Shown piece by piece: positions 1 to 9,684 of a stretch of DNA of 64,000 nt. Made by a program: the position numbers and the translations under genes. The DNA comes from Candidatus Bathyarchaeota archaeon (GTDB lineage: Archaea > Thermoproteota > Bathyarchaeia > 40CM-2-53-6 > RBG-13-38-9). The DNA lies in NCBI GenBank assembly GCA_963807605.1, contig CAWECG010000001.1, forward strand, positions 535,410 to 599,409, written 5' to 3'. Under the pieces are notes generated by a model. The model was not told where the DNA came from. It saw nothing but the letters and a program-made list of their open reading frames with translations, and searched no databases. Every line of letters begins with the position of its first letter. The first letter of the stretch is position 1.

Positions 1-148
1 GGGGTTCGCGCGTCCAATATCGAAAGTCATTATTCAAGAGGATTATGGAGGGTGACTCTTGACCGTAGTAGTTTGCGAAAGCGATGTAAACTGATGCTCC
101 ACTAAGAATAATCGATGCTAGAAGGAGGGGCGGTCGCCAGTTTATCAT
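1..148 (-). CDS. Partial CDS (runs off window): secreted/membrane-anchored hypothetical protein
   Basis: ATG at 148 overlaps the upstream stop (ATGA); open frame MINWRPPLLLASIILSGASVYIAFANYYG... with an N-terminal hydrophobic helix. Confidence 0.6.
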   Translation of the reverse strand, partial: MINWRPPLLLASIILSGASVYIAFANYYGQESPSIILLNNDFRYWTREP

Positions 149-1384
149 CGTTCTTCAGCTGAGATCTGGGTTATAGCAACTATGAGCATTGGTATCCAGT
201 AAATAAAATATGTCTGTAGTCCTCGGAACGAGAACCATAATATTAATGGTGGAAATGCCCAGAGAGCGAACTTCAATCTGTCAAAGTAGAGGTAGTAGTT
301 AAGCAAGAGGACAAAAAAAACAGTCAGAGTACAGATCGTGTAGAAGGCTGGGGGCAGAGGTACGCCACTCACTTGGGAGATCATAGACAACCCTTGCGAA
401 AGGATAACTAAACCTGCAGATACAGGAGTCAAAACGCCGTCTATCCAGGCGGGTAAGTTCCAGACGATAAAACGGATATTTGGCACTAGGAAAGCAAGAG
501 ATGTGTACGACAAAAACATCAGACAACGTCTCTTACGGAGATTATTAGGTGCTGATCTCCACTGCCAAACAAGAAGGAATGGGAAGGCAAGCCAAGTAAT
601 CTGTTTGATTGCGCATGCTAATCCATAAGCCACGCCTGCTCTCAGAGGTTTATCGATTTCGAATGCAACTATTACAAGTGGTAGAACCCAAAGGAAGTCT
701 GTTACAGAACCAGCAGTAAAATCAATGGCAAGATCTGACCCTGCAAGGATGGGGAGCAGACCAATAACCTTGAAGTGTGGAGGCAACTTCCTATACATTA
801 GAAGAAGCGTAGCGAATTCAAATGCCAAAACGACGAAACGCATGTCTCGGGATACCGATCGCGACTGCAGGCACAAATATCAAGAAATGAAGTGCAGGAT
901 AATTCATAGTTGTGATTATCTTTCCAGTAGAGGTGAGTGTAAAAAATTCTGGATCTACCGAGAAGGCTGCAAGACCTTCGTGGAGGTCCGAACCGTACGG
1001 GTTGTCTCCATGAAGCAGAACTTTGGCTGCTTGATGACTTAGAGCCATAGCATCAGTTCTATAAACGCCTTCGAACTCAACCACTGCTGTTACGTATGTG
1101 CTGACAACAATTACAAATATTATTGCCAGAAGAGCAACAGTTGAACCCAATCTCAGATTAAGCGGCCTGAGTGTAGCCAAAAAGAATAGTGTAAAAGCAA
1201 ACAAATACGTAGTTATAATAAGAATGACAACCTCAGGATGAGTTGTGATTTTGCCTCTTATCCAGTTCTGATGGCCCTCTGCGAGTAATAAGCCAGCTAG
1301 AAAGAGTAATGAAATCCTTACAACAAACTCACCAGACTTGCCGAGAGACATCATTATTGATGACCCTTCTTTGATAGTTCTCAT
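145..1384 (-). pseudogene. Polytopic membrane protein, GT-C/GT87(DUF2029)-like glycosyltransferase, split by a +1 frameshift near 852
   Basis: ORFs 818-1384 (RTDA..NPY..NYPAL) and 145-876 (AIKQ..W..PF) overlap; removing one C in atcCcga gives a continuous GIRDMRFVV. Confidence 0.6.
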
Positions 1385-1744
1385 ATCTCTTGCGCGCGCT
1401 ATGAGTAGAATTGGATTTACTGGTACTTGAAGCTTAGTAACACTTTTTCTAGCGCGCGCTAGATACTGATTGCGGATCAGGAAACGATGACGAGTGTATG
1501 TTTAAAACTCTGGCCTCTGGGGCGAGCACTACGGGACAGGGTCAACGTGGAACCCTGCGCGCGCGTGACCAGACTACTGAGATCATTATCATGAGTTTTG
1601 GTTTACCGTTGACTCTTCTTAGAAGAGTGTGTGCACCACACTGCTATACTTAGACAAGCGAATCTTTCGGACTCGTAGATTATCTTGAAGAGGATAATTC
1701 TCTCTTAATGAGCTCTTAAAAAATGGGCTCACATTCCACCTGCT

Positions 1745-2863
1745 CTAGGAAACCCAGACCTGTAGCACAAATTGGTACCAGATAAGTAAGCTCGCTAACA
1801 TAAAAAATGTGACTGCAACGGCCAAGGCTAACAGGTTTCTCATTCTAACAATCAACCAGACTGGAAAGATGAACGAGAAGAATCTTGGAAGAGAGTTATA
1901 GTTACCAAAGTACAGTAATGACAGATACACTGAGAGACTATAGATTGCAAGTTTACCGTCGATTCTAAAGACACAGAAGACTAGATACCCAGTGAAAATG
2001 ATGAACGGCAGTAGGAAAAAATCGAATTTTGGGAATGCCAAGACATTACTGCTAAGGAACGGTGTGATGTAGCGTTGGAACCATCCAAACTCGAAAGCTT
2101 GCTTTATCCAGAATGACTGTTGCGTTGCAAAGGCAAATGCATCTCCAGTTGTAAGGTACAGATAGTACATCCAGCCGAGAAGGGCAGTAATAGGCACTGA
2201 GATGATCGGAAACTGTTTGAATTTCCTCTTGAGAAGCAGATTAAGAGCTACGGGAATAACTATGGCTACTCCATACGGTCTTGTCAGGGTTGCGACGGTT
2301 GCTGCTAACATTGAAGAGATGAACCTGCCCCGAAGATGGAGATACCACGTGGCGAGTGTAGAAAAGAGGAAGAGGGACTCTGTATAAGAGACTGTTGTGA
2401 AGAGGAAGACGTAGGGGAAGGTTGCAGTCAACAATGTTGAAGCAGCCGCCTCAGCTCTTGACATGTAATGTTCAGCAACAAGCTGAAGCAAAGGAATAGA
2501 GGCCAAGCCGAGTACAAAAGAGATGATGAAGGCTGAGAGCCAAAAGTCCCCTGTCATCAGTTCAACCGCCTTGCAGAGGACTGGGTAGGCTGGGAAGAAG
2601 ACGTACATTGGAGGATAACTATACCACTCCTTGGCCAACTTGATATACCAGCCGGTGTCTTGTGCACTGAAAAGGTAGAGCCACAGTTGGGTTGGACCTA
2701 AAGTACCCCAAATACTCATCCACGGAGTTTTGAAGCTTCCCTGAATGCTGAGACGTTGATAGATAAAGAGTGAACTGAAAAGTTTCAGGAGACTAACGAT
2801 ACTAACAGGGAAGATAAGGCGCACCTTCCCCTCAAGCATCTTCGCTGCAGTATCTTGCAACAT
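1745..2863 (-). CDS. PIG-V-like (GPI mannosyltransferase 2 family) GT-C membrane glycosyltransferase
   Basis: QDTGWY..Y..FFPAYP, YTESLF and TRPYG motifs; multiple TM helices. Confidence 0.8.
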   Translation of the reverse strand: MLQDTAAKMLEGKVRLIFPVSIVSLLKLFSSLFIYQRLSIQGSFKTPWMSIWGTLGPTQLWLYLFSAQDTGWYIKLAKEWYSYPPMYVFFPAYPVLCKAVELMTGDFWLSAFIISFVLGLASIPLLQLVAEHYMSRAEAAASTLLTATFPYVFLFTTVSYTESLFLFSTLATWYLHLRGRFISSMLAATVATLTRPYGVAIVIPVALNLLLKRKFKQFPIISVPITALLGWMYYLYLTTGDAFAFATQQSFWIKQAFEFGWFQRYITPFLSSNVLAFPKFDFFLLPFIIFTGYLVFCVFRIDGKLAIYSLSVYLSLLYFGNYNSLPRFFSFIFPVWLIVRMRNLLALAVAVTFFMLASLLIWYQFVLQVWVS

Positions 2864-3154
2864 ACCAAGAGACTCCAGAAGTAACTCAGGTATTTCCTGA
2901 AGATAACAACTCCTTCTTTATGAGTTCCTTGATTGTGATGCTGAGGGTTCTTGTCGGAGCTTGCTCACGATCCTCGGAAGTGGCGTAGACTTCGAGCGCT
3001 AATAGGCGGGCCATGACCTTGAAGACTCGTTTGTAACCAAAATGCCGACCATAGCGGATCCTGCGCAGAAAGTAGAGGTCTAATCCTGAGAGCTGAAGGC
3101 CCCCTGCAGAACAAATATTCACTTAATGAAGTAAATCCGGACGCGCGCGCTTGT

Positions 3155-3357
3155 TTAGGCAATCCACTCCTTCGATACAAATTGGAACCATATAAGTAAG
3201 CTCATCAAAAGGAAAAAGGTAACCGCAACAACCAAAGCAAACAGGTTTCTCACTCTGGCGGCAAACCATACTGGAAAGATGAAGGAGAAGAATCGTGGAA
3301 GTGAACTGAGGTTACCAAATTACAGTAATAAGAGACACGGTGAAAGACTGTAGACTA
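3155..3357 (-). pseudogene. 3'-terminal fragment of a paralogue of the 1745-2863 mannosyltransferase
   Basis: Reads VYSLSPCLLLL*FGNLSSLPRFFSFIFPVWFAARVRNLFALVVAVTFFLLMSLLIWFQFVSKEWIA*, colinear with the C-terminus of 1745-2863; internal TAA; bounded by (GC)n runs at 3142 and 3358. Confidence 0.85.
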
Positions 3358-3559
3358 GCGCGCGCTAAGCAACCAAATATGAAATATCCAAGTGGAAACT
3401 TAATATGCCAAAAAAATCCAGCTTGAATAATTAAGCCGGTACCAACGTTTCTCTATGTATTCTTCTCGTTTTTTTGGGCTATTCGATCTTTTCAAAAATA
3501 ATAAGCCATCTCGGTCTACGTGAGAGCGCGTAAGGAATTGGCAGGAAAAAGGGGTCTCA

Positions 3560-3979
3560 CTATTCTCCGATGATTGTTATCAGGACTTCTCTCTCCGCAG
3601 GGCCGAGCATTTCAAGAAGATAGGCTGCCTGCCACTCTCCCAGCTGAAGTCTGCCCTTTCGAATGGGAATCTGTAAGCCACTTCCCAGGACCATGCCCAA
3701 CGTGTGGCTACGAACTATCTTAGGATCGAATCCTCGGGTTTCAAGATAATTAAGCCTCGTCTTGTCCAGAAAGTCTATTGAGTCAAAGAGCCTTGCTATG
3801 ACAGGCTCCTCGCGCTTAACCCCTGTCGTCAGGAGAGCTGTCGTGTGTTTAGCAGATCCGAATAGAATACCCTCCTTGACACCTGACTCAGCGACTGCGT
3901 TAGCCAGTTGGTCGGTCACTTCAATAACCTGTCTTCCAGTCTCGGTCTTTAACCTCAGATCCTTAGTGAAGATCTTCAT
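3560..3979 (-). CDS. YjbQ/UPF0047 family protein
   Basis: HTTA and LGEWQ..YLLE..GP..R motifs; overlaps the ppsA stop. Confidence 0.8.
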   Translation of the reverse strand: MKIFTKDLRLKTETGRQVIEVTDQLANAVAESGVKEGILFGSAKHTTALLTTGVKREEPVIARLFDSIDFLDKTRLNYLETRGFDPKIVRSHTLGMVLGSGLQIPIRKGRLQLGEWQAAYLLEMLGPAEREVLITIIGE

Positions 3980-6429
3980 TCAAATGCACTCTCCTCAGCA
4001 GTCTCAGGGCTCTGCCTCTCAACCGACAATCGCGAATGGAGGGCAGACTCCATCAGGACCTTCCGCTCGATCTGAGCCACCATCTGCCGGGTCTGCACGG
4101 CAACATCTTGATTGATGCTTATGCTATCTATCCCGTTACGTATCAGGAACTCTGTAAAGTCCGGAAACTCCGACGGTGCCTGACCGCATATCGATACCTT
4201 TCCCCCATTCTTGTGGACAACTCTGATGAAGTGTTGAATGGCTCTCAGGACCGCCTCGTCGCGCTCGTCAAAGACCTTCGACAACTTGGATGAGTCACGG
4301 TCGCATCCTAGAATAAGTTGTGTCAGATCATTACTCCCGATGCTGAAGGCATTCACGAGCTTCGCAAACTGATCTGCAAGGATGACGTTGGAGGGAACCT
4401 CACACATCATCCAGATTTCAAGATCATGACTTCGACTGAGACCCATCTCCGCCATTATCTGAAGGACTCTCCTAAGCTCGTTTGGAGTGCGGACGAAGGG
4501 GATCATAATGTGTAAGTTCTTGAATCCTCGCTCTTCACGGACCTTCTTTATTGCCTCAAGCTCAAGCCTGAAGGCAGGCTCGTAAGCTGGGTCGACGTAT
4601 CTGCTTGCGCCCCGCCAGCCGAGCATGGGATTATCCTCTTGAATCTCGTACTTCTCACCGCCCTTCAGCGAACGATACTCATTGGTCTTCAGATCCGAGA
4701 GGCGCACGACGACGGGGCGAGGAGCGAAAGCCTCAGTCACTTTCGAAATCCCGTCAACCAATCCGTCGATGAACTTTTCAGGCCTCCCAGTCTCAATCAG
4801 GTGCATCGGATGTTCTCCAACGTAGGTCGCTAGGATGAATTCCATCCTCATCAGGCCGACACCATCCACTGGGAGCTTACCGGCTTCAGCTGCACGTTCC
4901 GGAACGCCGAGGTTAACATAGATCTTGGTGCCTGTGACAGGAGCCTCGGCCTGCGTGAATGTATATGGAGTGGCTTGTCTCGCCGGTAATGTCCCCTCCT
5001 CAAGTGCGGGCTTGGGCCCTAACGCTTCAGGCAACAACCCTTCGTAGACAGTTCCTCGCGAGGCATCGACGGTGATGTACTGGCCTGTTCGAAGTTTCTT
5101 TGTCCCATCACCGGTGCCGACTACACAAGGTATGCCCATCTCTCGGGAGACTATGGCGGCATGGCAGGTCATTCCACCTTGATCTGTCACTATCGCGGCG
5201 GCCTTCCGCATGATGGGAACCCAGTCCGGAGTCGTCATATCTGTCACAAGAACCTCGCGGTCCTTGAATTCGGAGGACTTTTCCAAGTCAAGGATAATGT
5301 GAGCTTCACCCGCTGCAGTACCCGGTGATGCTGGAAGTCCAGTCAGAAGTTTTCTACGCTCGGTGGTCGGCTCGACTCTTTCTCTGATCTCCTTCGTCTC
5401 CTTCTTGACTGTGAAGATGTGCTCTTTCATCTTCTCAGTCCAGACCGTCTCCGGTCTACTCTGAACAATATACAACTTATTACTGTCAGCCTCCAGGGCC
5501 CACTCCATATCCTGTGCTATCTTGTAATGCTCTTCCAAGCTCACTGCATATCGGGCAAGTTCCTTGATCTGGTCATCGCTGAGGCAGGGCACGTTCTGAA
5601 GGTCCGCAGGAACCTGTTTTTCCTCTGTTCCACCTTCAGGCTTTGCCAGGAGCATGGTCTTCTTGACGGCTATCTTCTTGCTTGCAATCTTGAGGTCTGA
5701 CTTTGAGATGATATACTCGTCTGGAGTAATCCTGCCTTGGACGATGAATTCTCCCAAACCCCATGAGGCTTCGATGACGACAACCTTCCTATCGCCTGTC
5801 ACTGGATGAAGAGAGAACATTACCCCGCTGGCTTTTGCAGGAACCATCTTCTGCACTCCGACGCTGAGGTAGACCTTCTCATTGTCGAAGCCCTTCTCTT
5901 CTCGGTAAGTCGTTGCTCTGGGTGTGAAGAGGCTTGCAAAGCATTTCTTTACGCTCGTGAGTAATTCCTTGACTCCCTTTACGTTAAGGTACGTATCCTG
6001 CTGACCTGCAAAACTTGCTCCTGGAAGATCCTCAGCCGTCGCTGAAGATCTGACGGCGACAAGTACCTCTTTCTGCCCCTCTGCGGTGCTGAGTTTGGTA
6101 TAGTATGACGATATTTCCTCAGCAAGTCCGTCGGGCATATCGGCTGTCTCCATGATCTCTCTGACCTTTGAAGTCTTCTCGTTAAGTTGCTTGAGATCCT
6201 TTACATCAAGATCTGATAGGAGTGAAAAGACCCTGTCCCTAATGCCGCTCCTCTCAAGGAAGAACCTGTACGCATACGAAGTGACGGCAAATCCTGGGGG
6301 AACTGGAACCGCTGCCTTAGTTATCATCTCTCCGAGATTGGCACATTTGCCACCGACAAGAGCTGTGTCCTCTTTACCGATCTCAGTGAACGGCAGAACA
6401 AACCTTTTCTCTTTAGGAGTCTGGCTCAA
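3976..6429 (-). CDS. ppsA: Phosphoenolpyruvate synthase (pyruvate, water dikinase)
   Basis: GGKCANLGEM, VAVRSSATAEDL, GGMTCHAAIVSRE phospho-His, FSIGSNDLTQ, SICGQAPS. Confidence 0.97.
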   Translation of the reverse strand: MSQTPKEKRFVLPFTEIGKEDTALVGGKCANLGEMITKAAVPVPPGFAVTSYAYRFFLERSGIRDRVFSLLSDLDVKDLKQLNEKTSKVREIMETADMPDGLAEEISSYYTKLSTAEGQKEVLVAVRSSATAEDLPGASFAGQQDTYLNVKGVKELLTSVKKCFASLFTPRATTYREEKGFDNEKVYLSVGVQKMVPAKASGVMFSLHPVTGDRKVVVIEASWGLGEFIVQGRITPDEYIISKSDLKIASKKIAVKKTMLLAKPEGGTEEKQVPADLQNVPCLSDDQIKELARYAVSLEEHYKIAQDMEWALEADSNKLYIVQSRPETVWTEKMKEHIFTVKKETKEIRERVEPTTERRKLLTGLPASPGTAAGEAHIILDLEKSSEFKDREVLVTDMTTPDWVPIMRKAAAIVTDQGGMTCHAAIVSREMGIPCVVGTGDGTKKLRTGQYITVDASRGTVYEGLLPEALGPKPALEEGTLPARQATPYTFTQAEAPVTGTKIYVNLGVPERAAEAGKLPVDGVGLMRMEFILATYVGEHPMHLIETGRPEKFIDGLVDGISKVTEAFAPRPVVVRLSDLKTNEYRSLKGGEKYEIQEDNPMLGWRGASRYVDPAYEPAFRLELEAIKKVREERGFKNLHIMIPFVRTPNELRRVLQIMAEMGLSRSHDLEIWMMCEVPSNVILADQFAKLVNAFSIGSNDLTQLILGCDRDSSKLSKVFDERDEAVLRAIQHFIRVVHKNGGKVSICGQAPSEFPDFTEFLIRNGIDSISINQDVAVQTRQMVAQIERKVLMESALHSRLSVERQSPETAEESAFE

Positions 6430-6603
6430 GACTGATCTAGTTATTATTCTCAGTTTCCCGAATTAAGTCTGATCTCATTATCGCTAAATATCATTCAGAA
6501 CGCGGGACCAGATTTACGAGCTAAGCGCGCGCTTAGAAAAGGATCTTTCAAATCCTTTGCGTTTAAGGGATAATTCCTAATATTGAGAGAGTGCCTCTAG
6601 GGG

Positions 6604-7581
6604 CTATTTCTTCTTTGTCCTTGCAGTCTTCCTTCTTACTCTGTAGACTGCTGCGCTCGCGATTCCAATGGCGATTATGGCAAGTATCAGGATGGGATAG
6701 ACGGTTTCTTGGGCCGAGATCGTAAACCCTGCCTGAGGACTTTGAGTCGTCGGGGGCACGACTCCTGTGGGCGGTGTTTGAGTGGGCGATGGTGGTCCTG
6801 TGGTGGATCCGCTGCCCCATAAGGAGGTTGAGTCCAAAAAGTAGTTGTAGGTTGTTACACGTGCGCCTTTCTCACTCGTAGCCTGTAACTTGTTTGACGA
6901 TGATACTAGGAGGCCTGTGGTCCTTTCAAAGTTGAAGGTATAGTCTGCGGTGCCATTAGTGTCCAGCCATGGATCCTTTGCAGATGGACCTGAGTAGCGG
7001 AGTACTATAGCTGGGAGGCTTGACCCTTGAAAGTCTACGTTTCCAAGCGAGACGGTGCAGTTGATCTTTCCAGTGATGCTTTGGTAGGGAATGTGCTGGC
7101 CTTCTGTGAGGGATGTTGATACGAATTCGATGGCGGGCATTCCAACTATGGCAGGATCCTGTTGCGTACTATTGTCCGTCTCATTCCTTACGACGCGAGC
7201 TCTGTAGGTGAGGGTATCACTGTCGACCGCGGTTCTTTCAGTGAAGTTATAGAAATTAACTTTTGGTTCTTGTTTGAAATAGCCGGTGCCGTCTGTTGAG
7301 AAATTAGTCTCTTCGCTCTTCTCGATTACGAATGTGGAGGAGTTAAGAGGAACTATAATGGCGCGACCTCTGACCGCGATGGTATTTGTGAACACTCCCG
7401 TGTAGTTGCCTGCCCCTTGTAGTTCGCTACTTGATGTGACATGATAAGTCCAATATGCATCTTTAGCAAGAGCACCATTCGCCGCACCTGCATCTCCCAT
7501 AACTAGCATGAACATCGATAGGGCTAGGAGAAAGACGAAGATGTTAACGCAGGTGATCTGGCGCAAGCTAATCCTCGACAC
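6604..7581 (-). CDS. Secreted, C-terminally anchored surface protein
   Basis: Signal peptide, Thr/Asn-rich body with NxT sequons, Pro/Thr linker, TM helix plus basic tail. Confidence 0.7.
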   Translation of the reverse strand: MSRISLRQITCVNIFVFLLALSMFMLVMGDAGAANGALAKDAYWTYHVTSSSELQGAGNYTGVFTNTIAVRGRAIIVPLNSSTFVIEKSEETNFSTDGTGYFKQEPKVNFYNFTERTAVDSDTLTYRARVVRNETDNSTQQDPAIVGMPAIEFVSTSLTEGQHIPYQSITGKINCTVSLGNVDFQGSSLPAIVLRYSGPSAKDPWLDTNGTADYTFNFERTTGLLVSSSNKLQATSEKGARVTTYNYFLDSTSLWGSGSTTGPPSPTQTPPTGVVPPTTQSPQAGFTISAQETVYPILILAIIAIGIASAAVYRVRRKTARTKKK

Positions 7582-7660
7582 AATAGCGCTATGACAGTCT
7601 CATATCCTCTTGATTGATAGACTGGTTCGCCTCAGCAATTAGCGTTTCTGAATTCTGATC

Positions 7661-8161
7661 TTAGAGAAACATTCGCATCTCTGTCGTGGGTTTGAAGCCA
7701 AAGGACTCGTAGAGTGGTCTGCTAGCCTCGACAGCATGAAGTGTGAGAGTCTTAAACCCATTCTCTTGGCAGTATTGAACAATTGTATTTAGGATTCTTC
7801 TTGCCAGACCGCGGCGTCTGTGCTCAGGCGCTGTGTATATACTATGAACGTAGACGTAGCGTAGGGTGTCGTCTTGGGGTCGGGGAGGTTGCTCGTATAT
7901 CGAGATCCCGCCGCCTGCTACGGTTTTGTGGTCACTGGACTCTATCAGCCAAGCTTTCAAGGTTCCTGCCGGTTGAGCTTTCTCTAGGTATTTTTTGTAG
8001 GCTCTATCCATGGCGTCGAGTGCCTTCTCGTCTTTGGCCCCTGTCGCCTCTATGAACATCGCTCTTCTTTGAAATACAAGAACTGGGATATCATTCATCG
8101 TTGCTTCGCGGAGGACGTATTCGCCACGATCTTTAGCATCAGTCATTCCCAGCCTCTCCAA
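7661..8161 (-). CDS. GNAT family N-acetyltransferase
   Basis: YTAPEHRRRGLA motif A; LYESFGF motif B. Confidence 0.9.
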   Translation of the reverse strand: MERLGMTDAKDRGEYVLREATMNDIPVLVFQRRAMFIEATGAKDEKALDAMDRAYKKYLEKAQPAGTLKAWLIESSDHKTVAGGGISIYEQPPRPQDDTLRYVYVHSIYTAPEHRRRGLARRILNTIVQYCQENGFKTLTLHAVEASRPLYESFGFKPTTEMRMFL

Positions 8162-8369
8162 AGTTGCGATTCTTTGCAGATTGTTTCTTGCAGTCTCTAA
8201 AGGCTTTCCTTTGATAAGAGACCACGCTATTCATGGTTCTGGAGTTCAAAAGAACCGGATAGGCTCAAGCTCAGGAGACTAACCACCACGCAGTCCTGGC
8301 GAAGAACCAGGGAATTACCGAATTCCAACAGTAGTCGTACTGCGAAGCAGAAAACATTATTTCTGCCAT

Positions 8370-9083
8370 ATGTTAGGCTCTAAGAATATCAACAGGAATG
8401 GTATCGGTCATTTCCGACTTCGTGATAAGGACATGATGAAAAAGCAGCGGATGAAACAGTTAAAAACGAAAGAGAAGAGAAGGACAAGCCAAAAGCGTCT
8501 GCAAATCGCACTTGGAATCTTGTTCTTGGTGATATTATTGGGTGTTTACTTCTACACTTCAAGACCCAATATACTGGGTGTCAACATCCCGACCTCAACA
8601 CCGAATACAACGTCCAGATCCTCATCAAATAGGATTGCTGTAATAGAGACAAGCATGGGAACGATGGAGTTTGAACTCTTTGAAGATAAAGCCCCGATAA
8701 CCACAGGCCACTTTATCGATTTAGCCCAGAGAGGTTTCTATAACGGTTTGATATTCCACAGGGTAGTCAAGGGTTTTGTAATACAGGGCGGCGACCCCAC
8801 CGGCACAGGTAGAGGCGGCTCAGGAAAGAGCATTCCTGACGAGATAGTGCCTGAGCTGAAACACGACTCTATCGGGGTCTTATCTATGGCCAATGCGGGC
8901 CCCAATACTGGTGACTCACAGTTCTTCGTAACACTAGCCCCTGCGCCATCCCTAGACGGTAAATATTCAATTTTCGGAAAACTGATTCAGGGTCAGGACG
9001 TGCTTCTGGCAATAGGATCGGTGCCCGTGGGTGCCGGAGACAAGCCCTTGACCAATGTCACCATGAAGATCACGATCAAATGA
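8370..9083 (+). CDS. Membrane-anchored cyclophilin-type peptidyl-prolyl isomerase
   Basis: FHRVVKGFVIQGGDP, LSMANAGPNT, SQFFVT; N-terminal basic stretch plus TM helix. Confidence 0.95.
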   Translation: MLGSKNINRNGIGHFRLRDKDMMKKQRMKQLKTKEKRRTSQKRLQIALGILFLVILLGVYFYTSRPNILGVNIPTSTPNTTSRSSSNRIAVIETSMGTMEFELFEDKAPITTGHFIDLAQRGFYNGLIFHRVVKGFVIQGGDPTGTGRGGSGKSIPDEIVPELKHDSIGVLSMANAGPNTGDSQFFVTLAPAPSLDGKYSIFGKLIQGQDVLLAIGSVPVGAGDKPLTNVTMKITIK

Positions 9084-9184
9084 TGAGAATGATGTCTCCG
9101 AAGTAGAAGTTGGATGTCTGTCGATCCTAGTTCTGGAAAGTGTTATAATATTGCTTCGATCCTGTTAGTTCAGAGGATCTACTC

Positions 9185-9610
9185 TTGTCCGAGAAGGCCC
9201 GGCAATTACCAACAGTTTCTGAAGTAGTAGATGTCGATGAGAAACTCTCTGTAAGACTTCCGGAATCTGCTTGTAAAGCGCTTGAGATAGCCCCCGGAAC
9301 AAAGCTTCTTCTAACCGCGGACTCGGCCGTAGGTGAGATTGTGATGAACGTGGCTGCTCGTGCTGGGGCATTGATGGCTGAGGCTAGGATGTTGATTGAC
9401 AATCATCCAGGATCTATCGCGAAGATTACTGGAAAGATCGCACAGGAGAACATCAACATCGTGATGTTCCTATTGCCAGCTTCAACCAAGGACACAATAA
9501 GTGGAACAATGCTTTTGGATCTGTCCCGAAGCAATAAGACGCTCAAAGAGCTTGAGAGGATCCTCTCGGAACTTGATGTTGTAAAGAATGTGACAACAAG
9601 ACTCCTCTGA
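9185..9610 (+). CDS. AbrB/MazE-like plus ACT-domain protein (putative regulator)
   Basis: VDEKLSVRLPESACKALEIAPGTKL (AbrB-like) followed by DNHPGSIAKITGKIAQENINI (ACT). Confidence 0.65.
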   Translation: MSEKARQLPTVSEVVDVDEKLSVRLPESACKALEIAPGTKLLLTADSAVGEIVMNVAARAGALMAEARMLIDNHPGSIAKITGKIAQENINIVMFLLPASTKDTISGTMLLDLSRSNKTLKELERILSELDVVKNVTTRLL

Positions 9611-9684
9611 TGAACATGCTTCTATTGAAACTCGGAGCTTCCCAGAGATCTGGGACTTGACCGAAATGGAAGCGCGGACATCCC

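Noticed and set aside
2886-3122. 78-aa ORF next to the (GC)n run at 3142 (likewise ORFs 30829-31011 and 31993-32205)
   Set aside because: Possibly gene fragments, but I cannot assign a family, so they are not listed as features
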